Assembly (NCBI GenBank): GCA_021731565.1
Contig: JAKFXD010000098.1
Span: 2,672-66,671, forward strand
Direction of reading: 5' to 3'
Origin: Methylocystis sp.
GTDB taxonomy: Bacteria > Pseudomonadota > Alphaproteobacteria > Rhizobiales > Beijerinckiaceae
Length of the DNA stretch: 64,000 bases
Below the pieces are notes generated by a model. It made no database searches. It saw only the letters and a program-made list of their open reading frames with translations, and was not told the DNA's origin. Below, piece by piece: positions 21,682 to 31,805 of this stretch (positions within the stretch are counted from its first letter, which is position 1; each line of letters begins with the position of its first letter). The position numbers and the translations under genes were made by a program.

Positions 21682-22599
21682 ATGGGCGTCGAGAACAACA
21701 TCGCCGTCGGGTCGACTTCGGCGCCTGTCCCCGCCCCACAAGAGAGAGGCGGGATGCGCCTCCTCATCACCGGGGCGTCGAGCGGCATCGGGCGCGCCTT
21801 GGCGCGTGCCTATGCGCGCGATGGCGCAAGCTTGGCGCTGCTTGGCCGCGACGCCGAACGGCTTGAGGCGGCCGCGCGCGACTGTCTCGCCGCTGGCGCG
21901 GAAGAGGCCGAGACTTACGTCGCCGACGTGCGCGATCGCGACGTCATGGCGCGGATCATTCAGTCCGCTCATGACAAACGCCCGATCGACATTCTCATCG
22001 CCAACGCCGGCGTCTCGACGGGGCTGTCGCCCGGCCAGCTGGTCGAAACGCCCGAAGCGGTGCGCGCCATGCTCGCGATCAACGTCGCCGGCGTCTTCAA
22101 CACCGTCGAGCCGGCCATATCGCCGATGTGCGCGCGCGGAAGCGGCAGGATCGCCATCGTCGGCTCGATGGCCGGCGTGCGCGCGCTCCCCCATTCGCCG
22201 GCCTATTGCGCGGCGAAGGCCTGCGTTCACATGTGGGCGGACAGCCTGCGCGCCCAGCTCGCGGCTCATGGCGTGCATGTCGCGCTGATCGTGCCGGGCT
22301 ATGTGAAGACGCCGATGTCGGCGCGCACCATCGTGAAGACGCCCTTCTCGGCGCGCGCCGCCGCAAAGCCGTCGGCGTCGGCGAGCGTCAAATCCTGGCA
22401 ACCCGGCGCCCTGTCCGACGAAGACGCCGCGCGCATCATCAAGAACGGGCTCGAACGCCGCCGCGGCGTCATCGCCTTTCCGCGTTACATGTATTGGGCG
22501 ATGCGCCTTTTCGCCTTCCTGCCGGCGGCGCTCGTTGACCGCGTCATGCGCCAGTTTCCCGCCGAAGTGCCGGAGACGTCGGAGCGCGGGGAAAAGTGA
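21682..22599 (+). CDS. Short-chain dehydrogenase/reductase
   Basis: TGASSGIG, NAG, and catalytic S...YCAAK. Confidence 0.92.
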   Translation: MGVENNIAVGSTSAPVPAPQERGGMRLLITGASSGIGRALARAYARDGASLALLGRDAERLEAAARDCLAAGAEEAETYVADVRDRDVMARIIQSAHDKRPIDILIANAGVSTGLSPGQLVETPEAVRAMLAINVAGVFNTVEPAISPMCARGSGRIAIVGSMAGVRALPHSPAYCAAKACVHMWADSLRAQLAAHGVHVALIVPGYVKTPMSARTIVKTPFSARAAAKPSASASVKSWQPGALSDEDAARIIKNGLERRRGVIAFPRYMYWAMRLFAFLPAALVDRVMRQFPAEVPETSERGEK

Positions 22600-23753
22600 T
22601 CATCGACGTCATCACATGGGCGGCGGCGATCTATTGGCTCATCGCCATCGCCTTGCTGCTTATATCGGTCGCGGCAACCATCGTACAGCCGTGGATCGCC
22701 GCCCGCCGCGCCACGCGGCCAGATCAGCCGGCGGTCTCGATCGTTCTTCCGGTCAAGCTGCTCGAAGAGGAGTTCGACCGCACGCAAGAGTCTGCGCTGA
22801 CTCAGCATTATCGTGATTTCGACGTGACAGTGTCCGCAACCGACCTCGACGCGCCCGCCGTCCAGCGCATGCGCGCCATTTTCGCGCGTCATCCCGCCGT
22901 CCCGTCGCGCATTCTTCTTTCGACGGCGAAATTCGCCGTTAGCCCGAAAGTGGATAATCTTTACGCGCCCTTCATGCAGGCGACCCATGACGTCATTTTC
23001 ATGAAGGACGCGAATGTGCTGCTCGAGCCGGATGCGCTGGCGCAGCACATGCGGAACCTCGCCGACGACGTCGGGCTGGTCTGCGCCATTCCCTATTGCG
23101 CGCGGCTCGAGAATTTCGCCGCCCATGTCGAAGCCGCGATCATCAACGGCCCGCATGCCCGCATATTGTTTCTCGCCTCGGCGTTGGGGCAGGGACACGG
23201 CATCGGAAAAATCATGCTGTTCCGGCGCTCCGACTTCCTGCGCGCGGGGGGCTTCGACGCCATCTCGCACACGGTCGGCGAAGACAACGCCTTGGCCAAG
23301 GCGATGCGACGGATCGGGAAGCGGCCGGTTTTCTCCCATAGACCCGTCCGGCAGGAGCTTGGCGCTCGCAACTTCGCGGACGTCTATCACCGGCAATTGC
23401 GTTGGATGGTCATCCGCCGCAACGACGAAATCATTTCCTTCCTGGCCGAGCCAATATGCCAAGCTCTTCCAGCGGTTATCGCTGCGGCGCTGGCGGCGCC
23501 GCTGGTTCGCCTCGACCCCGCCCCGGCGGCGTTCGCGACGCTTTTCCTGTGGTTTGCGGTGGAGACATTGCTTTATATGGCCAAAGGATGGCAATTATCC
23601 TGGGTCGCGCCGGCGGTATTTGTGGTTCGCGAAGCGGCGATGCTGGCGGTCTGGTTGAACGCCTGGGTCACTGACCGCGTAGTCTGGGCGACGAACAGCG
23701 TGAACGCGCGTGCAGGGGCGAGGCCTGCGCCAGTTCCGCATGAAGAAGGGTAG
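22596..23753 (+). CDS. Ceramide glucosyltransferase / HpnI-like glycosyltransferase (GT21-like)
   Basis: VSIVLPVK, SPKVDNL, GEDNALA and RQLRW, with N- and C-terminal TM segments. Confidence 0.85.
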   Translation: MIIDVITWAAAIYWLIAIALLLISVAATIVQPWIAARRATRPDQPAVSIVLPVKLLEEEFDRTQESALTQHYRDFDVTVSATDLDAPAVQRMRAIFARHPAVPSRILLSTAKFAVSPKVDNLYAPFMQATHDVIFMKDANVLLEPDALAQHMRNLADDVGLVCAIPYCARLENFAAHVEAAIINGPHARILFLASALGQGHGIGKIMLFRRSDFLRAGGFDAISHTVGEDNALAKAMRRIGKRPVFSHRPVRQELGARNFADVYHRQLRWMVIRRNDEIISFLAEPICQALPAVIAAALAAPLVRLDPAPAAFATLFLWFAVETLLYMAKGWQLSWVAPAVFVVREAAMLAVWLNAWVTDRVVWATNSVNARAGARPAPVPHEEG

Positions 23754-23758
23754 GCCGC

Positions 23759-25057
23759 TTGGTGCTGGGGCTTTTTCAATTCCTTGTCGACGCGGTCGTG
23801 ATTGTCTGCGCTTCGATACTGGCGGCGATCGGGATCGGCTATCTCGCCGTCATCGGCCGCTTCTTCTATGACCAGCTGCGGCGCGTGCGCGATTCGGAAG
23901 CGCCCGCGACGCCCGACCGTGATTTGCCGCGGGTGCTGTTGCAAATCCCGGTGTTCAACGAACCGCTCGTCACCGAGCAATCGCTGCGCTGCGTCGCGCT
24001 TCTGGACTGGCCCAAGGACAGGCTGCGCATTCAGCTTCTCGACGATTCAACCGACGAAACCAGCGCGCGCGCCGACGCGGTGGCGGCGGAGCTTCGCGCC
24101 GACGGCGCGGTGATCGACCATGTGCGGCGCGCCGACCGCTCGGGATTCAAGGCCGGCGCCTGCGCGCACGGCCTCACCATCACCGACGAACCCTTCGTCG
24201 CGATGCTCGACGCCGACTTCCGTCCGCCGCCCAATTGGCTCAGGAGAACGGTGCCGCTGTTTCTGACCGACGATCGCGTCGGCTTCGTGCAGTCGCGCTG
24301 CGAGTTCCAGAATTACGAAAAGAACTGGCTGACGCGCGCGCAGGGTCTCGTGCAGGACGGACATTATCTCGTCGAGCAGCGCTCGCGCGCGCATGCGGGC
24401 TGGCTCTTTCAGTTCAACGGCACCGGCGGCATATGGCGGCGCGCGACGATCGACGACGCCGGCGGCTGGTCGGACTATTCGCTGTGCGAGGACCTCGATC
24501 TCACCGTGCGCGCGGCGCTCAATGGCTGGCATGGGCTGTTCGTGTCCGAGCCGCCGATCCCCGGCCAGGTGCCGGAGGGAATTCGCGACTTCCGCCGCCA
24601 GCAAAGGCGCTGGTCGAACGGCTTCGTGCAGGTCGCGCAGAGGACCGTTCTGCCGATCTGGCGTTCGCCTTGGAGCCTGACGCGCCGCGTGATGGCGATC
24701 TCGCTGATCGCCCATCAGATTTTCTTCCCCACGGCCGCCATCGGATTCATCGCCTTTGTTCTTGGCGGCCTGTTGCATGGTTCTCTCGCGCCTTACGCGG
24801 ACGTGTTGGAGATCATCGGAATCATGACGGCCTTGGTGGCGCTCGGCATCACGCTGCCGCCCTATCTTGCGCTCAGGCGCGGGACCATCGTCGATTATCT
24901 GAAGACGGTCGCGTCAATTCCGCCGCTGATGATCTATCTGGCCTTCGCCAATGGCGCGAAAATTCTGCAGACCCTGCGCGGTCGCAAATCGACCTTCAAG
25001 CGCACGCCAAAGCTCGACCACGAGGCTGCGGCGCCGATCGACGCGAAAGTGGAGTAG
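23759..25057 (+). CDS. Membrane GT2 glycosyltransferase (cellulose-synthase-like)
   Basis: QIPVFNE, DDSTD, GFKAGA, DADF, FNGTGG, CEDLDL and QQRRW. Start TTG 23759 or GTG 23762. Confidence 0.9.
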   Translation: MVLGLFQFLVDAVVIVCASILAAIGIGYLAVIGRFFYDQLRRVRDSEAPATPDRDLPRVLLQIPVFNEPLVTEQSLRCVALLDWPKDRLRIQLLDDSTDETSARADAVAAELRADGAVIDHVRRADRSGFKAGACAHGLTITDEPFVAMLDADFRPPPNWLRRTVPLFLTDDRVGFVQSRCEFQNYEKNWLTRAQGLVQDGHYLVEQRSRAHAGWLFQFNGTGGIWRRATIDDAGGWSDYSLCEDLDLTVRAALNGWHGLFVSEPPIPGQVPEGIRDFRRQQRRWSNGFVQVAQRTVLPIWRSPWSLTRRVMAISLIAHQIFFPTAAIGFIAFVLGGLLHGSLAPYADVLEIIGIMTALVALGITLPPYLALRRGTIVDYLKTVASIPPLMIYLAFANGAKILQTLRGRKSTFKRTPKLDHEAAAPIDAKVE

Positions 25058-25078
25058 GGAGAGGCGCGTCGCGCGCCT

Positions 25079-25888
25079 TCACTCAAGTCGGGCCGGCGCC
25101 TCGAATGCGCCGCCGTCGGTAACGATCGTCAGCGTCGCATCGGCGGCCTTGGCCGGAGCGTCGCCGGAAAAAAGCTTAAGCTCGAAGTCTTCTCCGGCGC
25201 GCGTGCTCTCGATGAAGAACGGCTCCTTCGCTTCCGCGAAGACGTCCTTCGCCTTGCCGGGTCCAAGATAGCGAAGCCGCCATGATCCATCCGCGCCGCC
25301 GCGCGACAGCGCGAAGCGCTGTTTCGCTTCCTCGGCGGTGAGCTTTTTCGGCACCAGCCGTTCCGCGTCAGCGATCACCGCCGCATGCGGCGAGGCGCCC
25401 TCGCGCGGCAGCTCCAGAGACAGATCGGCGCGCGCCGGCAGGCAGATTTTTCCGCAGGACGCGTAATCCAGCACGAGATTGAGCGTTACCGGCGCGTTCG
25501 GATCGCGCGGCGTCACCTTCAAAGGCAGGACGACGCGCGATTCATAGCCGGCGACGACGGCGCCTGCCTCGTCGATATGTTTGGGCGCCGGAAATGACGG
25601 TTCGACCGCGGCGACATTGACGGACTTCGAAAAGTCGAACGCCGGCGCCGAGCCGGCCTCGCCCGGCTGACGCCAATAGGTGATCGTCGCCGGATCGAGC
25701 GCGATCTCGACGGCGGCGCGGTAGGCGCCGCCCTGGGGCGGGCCGGCCGACAGAAGCCGAGCGTTGGACGTCGCGCTTTTTACAGCCGCGGAAGCGAAGC
25801 TCGCGTTCTTGGCGAGCGACGCCGTCGGTGCGCCTTGCGTGAGCATTGCGGCGAGCGGCGCGAGTAACAGGAATCTGGAGCGCGTCAT
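25079..25888 (-). CDS. Protein-disulfide reductase DsbD N-terminal domain protein
   Basis: Signal peptide, TYWRQPGEAG and YASCGKICLP. Confidence 0.85.
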   Translation of the reverse strand: MTRSRFLLLAPLAAMLTQGAPTASLAKNASFASAAVKSATSNARLLSAGPPQGGAYRAAVEIALDPATITYWRQPGEAGSAPAFDFSKSVNVAAVEPSFPAPKHIDEAGAVVAGYESRVVLPLKVTPRDPNAPVTLNLVLDYASCGKICLPARADLSLELPREGASPHAAVIADAERLVPKKLTAEEAKQRFALSRGGADGSWRLRYLGPGKAKDVFAEAKEPFFIESTRAGEDFELKLFSGDAPAKAADATLTIVTDGGAFEAPARLE

Positions 25889-25979
25889 TGGTTTGCGGCG
25901 GTCCGTCTTTCAGTCAAGGCAGTCGGTTACGTTGCTTGCGCCGCTTGTTCTTGAGACGCGGCGAGCGTAGCATGACCCT

Positions 25980-26630
25980 ATGAGGCCAGCAGGCAAGAAG
26001 CAAGATTTGGCGGCAAGGGTAAGCGAGCGCCGCGGCGGTCATCCCGCCGAGCGCCGCTTCCTTGATGGCCAATTGCTGGTCGCGATGCCGAGCATGCTGG
26101 ATCAGCGTTTTGCAAGGTCGGTAATTTATCTTTGCGCCCATTCCGAAGATGGCGCGATGGGCATCGTGGTCAATCAGCCGGCGCGCGTGCGCAATTTTCC
26201 CGATCTCTTGGTGCAGCTTCAGGTGATTGCGCCGCAAGAACGCATCAGCCTGCCGCGCCGCGCCGAAGACATTCAGGTGCTCTCCGGCGGGCCGGTGCAG
26301 ACCGACCGCGGCTTCGTGCTGCATTCGCCGGATTTCTTCCTCGACAATTCGACGCTGCCGATCGACGACGGCGTGTCGCTCACCGCGACCATCGATATTC
26401 TGCGCGCCATTGCGGCGGGACATGGCCCCGACCGGGCGCTGCTCGCGCTCGGCTATGCGGGCTGGGATGCGGGTCAGCTCGAAGAAGAGATTCAGCGCAA
26501 CGGCTGGCTGAATTGTCCCTCCGATCCCGCTTTGCTGTTCGACCGTGATCTCGAGACGAAATATGCGCGCGCCATGCGCTCGATCGGCGTCGATCCCGAA
26601 CGGCTGTCGCCGAACGCCGGACACGCCTGA
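25980..26630 (+). CDS. YqgE/AlgH family protein
   Basis: [42 protein letters not shown] and C-terminal AGHA. Confidence 0.93.
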   Translation: MRPAGKKQDLAARVSERRGGHPAERRFLDGQLLVAMPSMLDQRFARSVIYLCAHSEDGAMGIVVNQPARVRNFPDLLVQLQVIAPQERISLPRRAEDIQVLSGGPVQTDRGFVLHSPDFFLDNSTLPIDDGVSLTATIDILRAIAAGHGPDRALLALGYAGWDAGQLEEEIQRNGWLNCPSDPALLFDRDLETKYARAMRSIGVDPERLSPNAGHA

Positions 26631-26633
26631 GCG

Positions 26634-27134
26634 TCAGGGCCGGAGCTGTCCGAAGCCTGGCGCATAATCGACCCTTCCTTCCTTGGCTGGGAGCGCGCCG
26701 TTGAGCGCCAGCGCCATGAAATGAGGCCCCGCATAGGGCGAACCGAAGCCCGCCGCAAGCTCTGGTCGAAAGCCGAACCGGCCGTAAAACGCGCCGTCGC
26801 CCAACACAAAAATCGCGCGCCACTGGTCGTCCCGCGCACGCGCCAGGCTCCAGCGCAACAGAGCGCTGGCGACGCCCTTGCTGCGATGCGCCGCGGAGAC
26901 GGCGACAGGACCGAGCCCAAGCGCCGGAAAAGGAGCGCTCATCCTGGACAGGGCGGCGTAACCGACGACGCGTTCATCGACGGCGGCGACGCAGCCGAAA
27001 ACCAAGTCGCCGTCCTTGCGCAGCGCCTCGACGAGATCGGCCTCGCCCGACCGCTTGAACGCCGCTGAGAGCAGTTCGCGTATGGCCGGATGATCTTCGG
27101 GCGTTTCCTCGCGAAAAACCACGATGCCGCTCAT
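26634..27134 (-). CDS. GNAT N-acetyltransferase (YhbS-like)
   Basis: LGPVAV...RSKGVASAL and VLGDGAFYGRFGF. Confidence 0.88.
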   Translation of the reverse strand: MSGIVVFREETPEDHPAIRELLSAAFKRSGEADLVEALRKDGDLVFGCVAAVDERVVGYAALSRMSAPFPALGLGPVAVSAAHRSKGVASALLRWSLARARDDQWRAIFVLGDGAFYGRFGFRPELAAGFGSPYAGPHFMALALNGALPAKEGRVDYAPGFGQLRP

Positions 27135-28180
27135 GGCGCGGGGTTGCTGTAGAGATGGTGGATGGCGTCGATGCGCCGCTCGATTTCCGGCGTGATCGTG
27201 AAGTCGATCGACGCGAGGTCGGTTTTGAGCTGCGCCATCGTCGTCGCGCCGATGATATTCGACGTGACGAAGGGCCGCGACGTGACGAAGGCGATCGCGA
27301 GTTGCGCCGGATCGGCGCCGATATCATGCGCCAGCGCCAGATAGGCGGCGACCGCTTGTTCGACTTCCGGCTTTTCATAACGTTGCGCGCGCTCGAACAG
27401 CGTGGTGCGCGCGCCGGGCGGCCGCGCGCCGCCCTGATATTTGCCGGTAAGATAGCCTTGCGCGAGCGGCGAATAGGCGAGCAATCCGACGCGCTCGCGC
27501 TCGGCGAATTCGGCAAGGCCGATCTCGAAGGTGCGGTTGATAAGATTATAGGCGTTCTGGATCGAAACGACGCGCGGCCCATCACCGAGTTCGGCGGCGC
27601 GCAGGAAACGCGCCACGCCCCAGGGCGTTTCGTTAGAGAGGCCGATGTGACGGACCTTGCCGGCCTTGACGAGACGGCTTAGCGCGTCGAGCGTCTCTTC
27701 GATCGGAATTTCCTCCCGCTTTGTCGGCCGCCGGTAGGTCGTGCCGCCGGCGCCCCAAAGCGGCAGCGAACGATCCGGCCAATGCAATTGGTAAAGGTCG
27801 ATGTAGTCGGTCTGCAGCCGCTTGAGCGAGCCCTCGATCGCATGATCGATATTCTTGGCGTCGAGAACGGTTCCGGCGCGCTCGGGACGCAGCCAATCGG
27901 CGCCGCCGCGCCCGGCGACCTTGGTGGCGATGATCGCCTGATCGCGGTTCTTGCGCGCGGCGAGCCAGCTTCCGATGATCCGTTCGGTCGAGCCTTGCGT
28001 CTCTCGCCGCGGCGGAATCGAATAAATTTCCGCCGTATCGATGAAATTGACGCCGCGATCGAACGCATAGTCCAGCTGCGCATGGCCTTCCGCCTCGCTG
28101 TTCTGCTCTCCCCACATCATCGAGCCGAGACAGATCGCGGAAACCGAGAGGCCGCTATGTCCGAGTTTCCGGTATTCCAC
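27131..28180 (-). CDS. NADP(H)-dependent aldo/keto reductase (Tas-like)
   Basis: GVNFIDTAEIY, ATKV, LYQLHWPDR, GLSNETPWG and YSPLAQG. Confidence 0.92.
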   Translation of the reverse strand: MEYRKLGHSGLSVSAICLGSMMWGEQNSEAEGHAQLDYAFDRGVNFIDTAEIYSIPPRRETQGSTERIIGSWLAARKNRDQAIIATKVAGRGGADWLRPERAGTVLDAKNIDHAIEGSLKRLQTDYIDLYQLHWPDRSLPLWGAGGTTYRRPTKREEIPIEETLDALSRLVKAGKVRHIGLSNETPWGVARFLRAAELGDGPRVVSIQNAYNLINRTFEIGLAEFAERERVGLLAYSPLAQGYLTGKYQGGARPPGARTTLFERAQRYEKPEVEQAVAAYLALAHDIGADPAQLAIAFVTSRPFVTSNIIGATTMAQLKTDLASIDFTITPEIERRIDAIHHLYSNPAP

Positions 28181-28280
28181 GAAGAGATCCCTAACGAGGC
28201 CGCAACCAGGCGCTCATCGGACCGACGCCGGACGTCGCCGATTTTCGGTCGTAGCTGAGAATCGCGCGCGCCGGCGATTC

Positions 28281-29123
28281 CTACCGTTTCTTTTCGCTGA
28301 CGAGTTCGAGAAGGCCGACTCTTTCCAGCTCGTCGGCGACGCGCGCCAGCCAGGTCCGGACGTAGCCGCGCAATACAAAGGAATGTTCGGCCGGCTGGCC
28401 CTGCGCATCCTGATTGGCGATGAATGTCGAGAAGGGCGCGCCGGACAGTTCGACCTGCTCATAGGCGAGTTCGCTGAGCCTGGGGATGGTGATCTCCCCC
28501 GAGGTGACGACATGCTCGAAATATTTCGCGTGGGTTTGCGGATCCCATTCGAAGAAGGTCGTGTCGTTGAGGTGGTTCTTCACCATGAAATAATTGGCGT
28601 CCGCGACATAGGGCGCGATTTCGGCGATTTCCTCCAGCGAAGAAATGGAGGGGCCGATCACATGGAGCAGGACGAAGCGGAATTCGCCGCCCTTCACCGC
28701 GTCGAAAAAGCCGATCTCGTCGAGCGCGCGAAGCGCCGGGCTCAGACCGCCGGCGCGCACGTCGATCACGCTGACCTTGGCCTGTGACGTATTCAGCGTG
28801 TCGATGATTTTCATCTGATCGGCGGGCTCGGTCAGATCGACGATCATCGTCTCGTCGGGGTGAAAGCGGTGAAGCGTCCCGCGCGGCGTCTCGGTGTCGA
28901 AGGCGCGCGCATGGATGTCGTTGAGCGACAGAAAATCCAGGATCGCCCTGGCGATCGTCGTCTTGCCGACGCCGCCCTTGTCCGCGCCGACGAGAATGAC
29001 CGCCGGGCGAACAGGGCCGGGGCCGTTCGAAGCGGGGACCTTGGCCTCGACCGTCCGAGCCGGGCGCGTTGGCTCCCGCTTGGCTGGCGCCGTCCTGGCG
29101 ATTTTGACCGGCTTCTTAGCCAT
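28281..29123 (-). CDS. ParA/MinD-like P-loop protein of unknown function
   Basis: Deviant Walker A GADKGGVGKT. No ParB partner nearby. Confidence 0.75.
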   Translation of the reverse strand: MAKKPVKIARTAPAKREPTRPARTVEAKVPASNGPGPVRPAVILVGADKGGVGKTTIARAILDFLSLNDIHARAFDTETPRGTLHRFHPDETMIVDLTEPADQMKIIDTLNTSQAKVSVIDVRAGGLSPALRALDEIGFFDAVKGGEFRFVLLHVIGPSISSLEEIAEIAPYVADANYFMVKNHLNDTTFFEWDPQTHAKYFEHVVTSGEITIPRLSELAYEQVELSGAPFSTFIANQDAQGQPAEHSFVLRGYVRTWLARVADELERVGLLELVSEKKR

Positions 29124-29304
29124 GAGTGCTCCTATCGGATCTCGCGCTGGCGCCGCTGTTCATGAGGGACAAGAGCTTAGCAAACATGGTTTCCAAGTGT
29201 CAGCCCTGATTCAGCTAACCAAGGATGGCGCTCCAAATTGTGACAATCTATAACAACAAACAAAATATGTTATTTTATAACAAGCTCCACAATTAGATCG
29301 TGAA

Positions 29305-29333
29305 TTGACATTCGTGCGGTTTGGAGGTTTATG
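29305..29333 (+). promoter_or_regulatory. Candidate sigma70 promoter of the sulfate assimilation operon
   Basis: TTGACA (29305-29310), 17 nt spacer, TTTATG, preceded by an AT-rich tract. Confidence 0.45.
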
Positions 29334-29395
29334 CGTTCGAAATACAGAACGTCCGCGGCGGCGCGCCGGAGCGGACCAGTCGACGCGTTAAACAC

Positions 29396-29767
29396 ATGAG
29401 CAACATCGAGAACATGGTGGCGCAACGGCCCGCCCAGTCGCCGCAGCAAAATCTGCCGACCCTTCAAGTGGAGGACCGTCACGGCGCGGTCCATGAGCTG
29501 GAGGCGGTCGAAGGTTGGCGGCTGATGGAGATTTTGCGCGATCATGGCGTCGGCATGGACAATACCTGCGGTGGTGCGCTCGCCTGCGCCGAATGCCATG
29601 TCATCCTCGATGCGGAATCGGCGCGGCGCGTGCCGCCGCCGAGCGAAGAGGAAATCGAAAAGCTCGATGAATTGCCGATGCTTTACGAACATTCGCGCCT
29701 GTCCTGCCAGATCATCTGGTCGGACGATATGAGCGGGCTTCGCCTGAAGCTGGCGCAGGAAACGTGA
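29396..29767 (+). CDS. 2Fe-2S ferredoxin (adrenodoxin type)
   Basis: CGGALACAECHV...SRLSCQI. Confidence 0.92.
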   Translation: MSNIENMVAQRPAQSPQQNLPTLQVEDRHGAVHELEAVEGWRLMEILRDHGVGMDNTCGGALACAECHVILDAESARRVPPPSEEEIEKLDELPMLYEHSRLSCQIIWSDDMSGLRLKLAQET

Positions 29768-30084
29768 TGGCTCAGTTCAAACATCCGCAGATCCTCATCG
29801 CCTCGAATCTGACCGACGGCGAAGTGGTGTTTCTCGGCGCGTCGGGCTGGGAGCGCGACCATCGCCGCGCCCGCGTGGCGCGCAGCGCCGAAGAGGCGGC
29901 GGCGCTCGAAGCCTCGGGCAAGCGCGACATTTGCGCCAATCGCGTGGTGGACGTCTATCTCGCCGACGTCGAGATCGGCGGGGACGGCGCGCCTACGCCC
30001 ATGCATTATCGGGAACGGATGCGCGTGAAGGGGCCGAGCGTGCGCCTCGATCTCGGCAAACAGGCGGCGGGAGGAGCGCCGTGA
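29767..30084 (+). CDS. DUF2849 domain protein
   Basis: ASNLTDGEVVFL...VVDVYL...HYRERMRVKGPS, in the usual position upstream of cysI. Confidence 0.85.
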   Translation: MAQFKHPQILIASNLTDGEVVFLGASGWERDHRRARVARSAEEAAALEASGKRDICANRVVDVYLADVEIGGDGAPTPMHYRERMRVKGPSVRLDLGKQAAGGAP

Positions 30085-31805
30085 CCGCTCACGATCCCGA
30101 GGCGATGCGCCGGCCCAATGCGCCGACGACCACCTATCTCTACGATGACTATGACGCCGCTTTTGTGCGCGAACGCGTCGCCGAGTTTCGCGAACAGGTG
30201 CGCCGCCGGCTTTCCGGCGCGCTGACCGAAGAGGAGTTCCGTCCGTTCCGGTTGATGAACGGACTCTATCTCCAGCTTCACGCCTATATGCTGCGCGTCG
30301 CCATTCCCTATGGGACGCTGACCGCGCGCCAGATGCGCCGGCTCGCCGACATCGCCGACAAATGGGACAAGGGCTACGGCCATTTCACCACGCGCCAGAA
30401 CCTGCAGTACAATTGGCCGAAGCTCGTCGATACGCCGGACATTCTCGAAGCGCTCGCCGACGTCGAGATGCACGCCATCCAGACTTCCGGCAATTGCATC
30501 CGCAATGTGACGGCGGATCATTTCGCCGGCGTCGCCCAGGATGAAATCGAAGATCCGCGCCCGACCGCGGAATTTCTCCGCCAATGGTCGAGCCTGCACC
30601 CCGAGTTTTCGTTTCTGCCGCGCAAATTCAAGATCGCGGTGACGGGCGCCGAGCACGACCGCGCCGCGATCATGGTGCATGACGTCGGTCTGCGCATCGT
30701 CAGGAACGATAGTGGCGAGATCGGCTATCAGGTCGTCGCCGGCGGCGGTCTCGGCCGTTCGCCCTTTGTCGGCAAGGTGGTTGGCGACTTCGTGCCGCGA
30801 CATGATCTGCTCGCCTTTCTCGAAGCGATCATGCGCGTCTACAACCGCTTTGGCAGGCGCGACAACAAATACAAGGCGCGCATCAAAATTCTCGTTCATG
30901 AGAAGGGCATCGACGACATCCGCGCTGAGGTCGAAGCCGAATTCGCCGCGATGGACCGCTCGGTTTTCGCACATGATCCAGAAGAATTCGAGCGCATTGC
31001 CGGTTTCTTGGCGCCGCCGCCTTATGAGTCGCTGGCGCGCGACTCTCAAATGCTGCGCGCCGCGAAACTGGAGACGCCGGCGTTCGCCAATTTCGCCGAC
31101 GTCAACGTCAGCGCGCACAAAATCCCCGGCTACGCCATCGTCACCGTTTCATTGAAGCCGATCGGCGGCGTTCCCGGCGACGCCACGTCCGATCAGATGC
31201 GGGCGCTGGCCGACGCCAGCGAGCGCTTCGGCTTCGGCGAGCTGCGGGTCAGCCATGAGCAGAACATCATCCTGCCGCATGTGAAGCAGGACGATCTCTT
31301 CGCGCTGTGGCGGATGCTCGACGCCGCTGGATTGGCGACGGCGAACGCCGGGCTCGTCTCCGACATCATCTCCTGCCCGGGAATGGATTACTGCTCGCTC
31401 GCCACCGCGCGCTCGATCCCGATCGCGCAGGCGATCTCGAAGCGTTTTGCGGACATGTCGCGGCAGCGGCGCATCGGCAAGCTCGGCATCAAGATTTCCG
31501 GCTGTATCAACGCCTGCGGCCATCATCATGTCGGCGCGATCGGCATTCTCGGCCTGGAGAAAAAGGGCCAGGAATCCTACCAGATCACGCTCGGCGGCGA
31601 CCCGACCTTCTCCGCGTCGATCGGCGAAATTCTGGGACCTGGGGTCACCGCCGAGCAGGTGCCCGACGTGATCGAACATCTCGTCGATTTCTACCTCGCG
31701 GAGCGCGAGGAGGGCGAAGCCTTCATCGACACCTGGCGCCGCATCGGTCATGCGCGCTTCAAAGACGTTTTGCGTCGGGAGGGCGAAGATGGCGCTGATA
31801 TCTGA
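30081..31805 (+). CDS. cysI: Sulfite reductase hemoprotein subunit
   Basis: RLMNGLYLQLHAYMLRV, HFTTRQN, LPRKFKI, and siroheme/Fe-S ligands CPGMDYC and SGCINACG. Confidence 0.93.
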   Translation: MTAHDPEAMRRPNAPTTTYLYDDYDAAFVRERVAEFREQVRRRLSGALTEEEFRPFRLMNGLYLQLHAYMLRVAIPYGTLTARQMRRLADIADKWDKGYGHFTTRQNLQYNWPKLVDTPDILEALADVEMHAIQTSGNCIRNVTADHFAGVAQDEIEDPRPTAEFLRQWSSLHPEFSFLPRKFKIAVTGAEHDRAAIMVHDVGLRIVRNDSGEIGYQVVAGGGLGRSPFVGKVVGDFVPRHDLLAFLEAIMRVYNRFGRRDNKYKARIKILVHEKGIDDIRAEVEAEFAAMDRSVFAHDPEEFERIAGFLAPPPYESLARDSQMLRAAKLETPAFANFADVNVSAHKIPGYAIVTVSLKPIGGVPGDATSDQMRALADASERFGFGELRVSHEQNIILPHVKQDDLFALWRMLDAAGLATANAGLVSDIISCPGMDYCSLATARSIPIAQAISKRFADMSRQRRIGKLGIKISGCINACGHHHVGAIGILGLEKKGQESYQITLGGDPTFSASIGEILGPGVTAEQVPDVIEHLVDFYLAEREEGEAFIDTWRRIGHARFKDVLRREGEDGADI

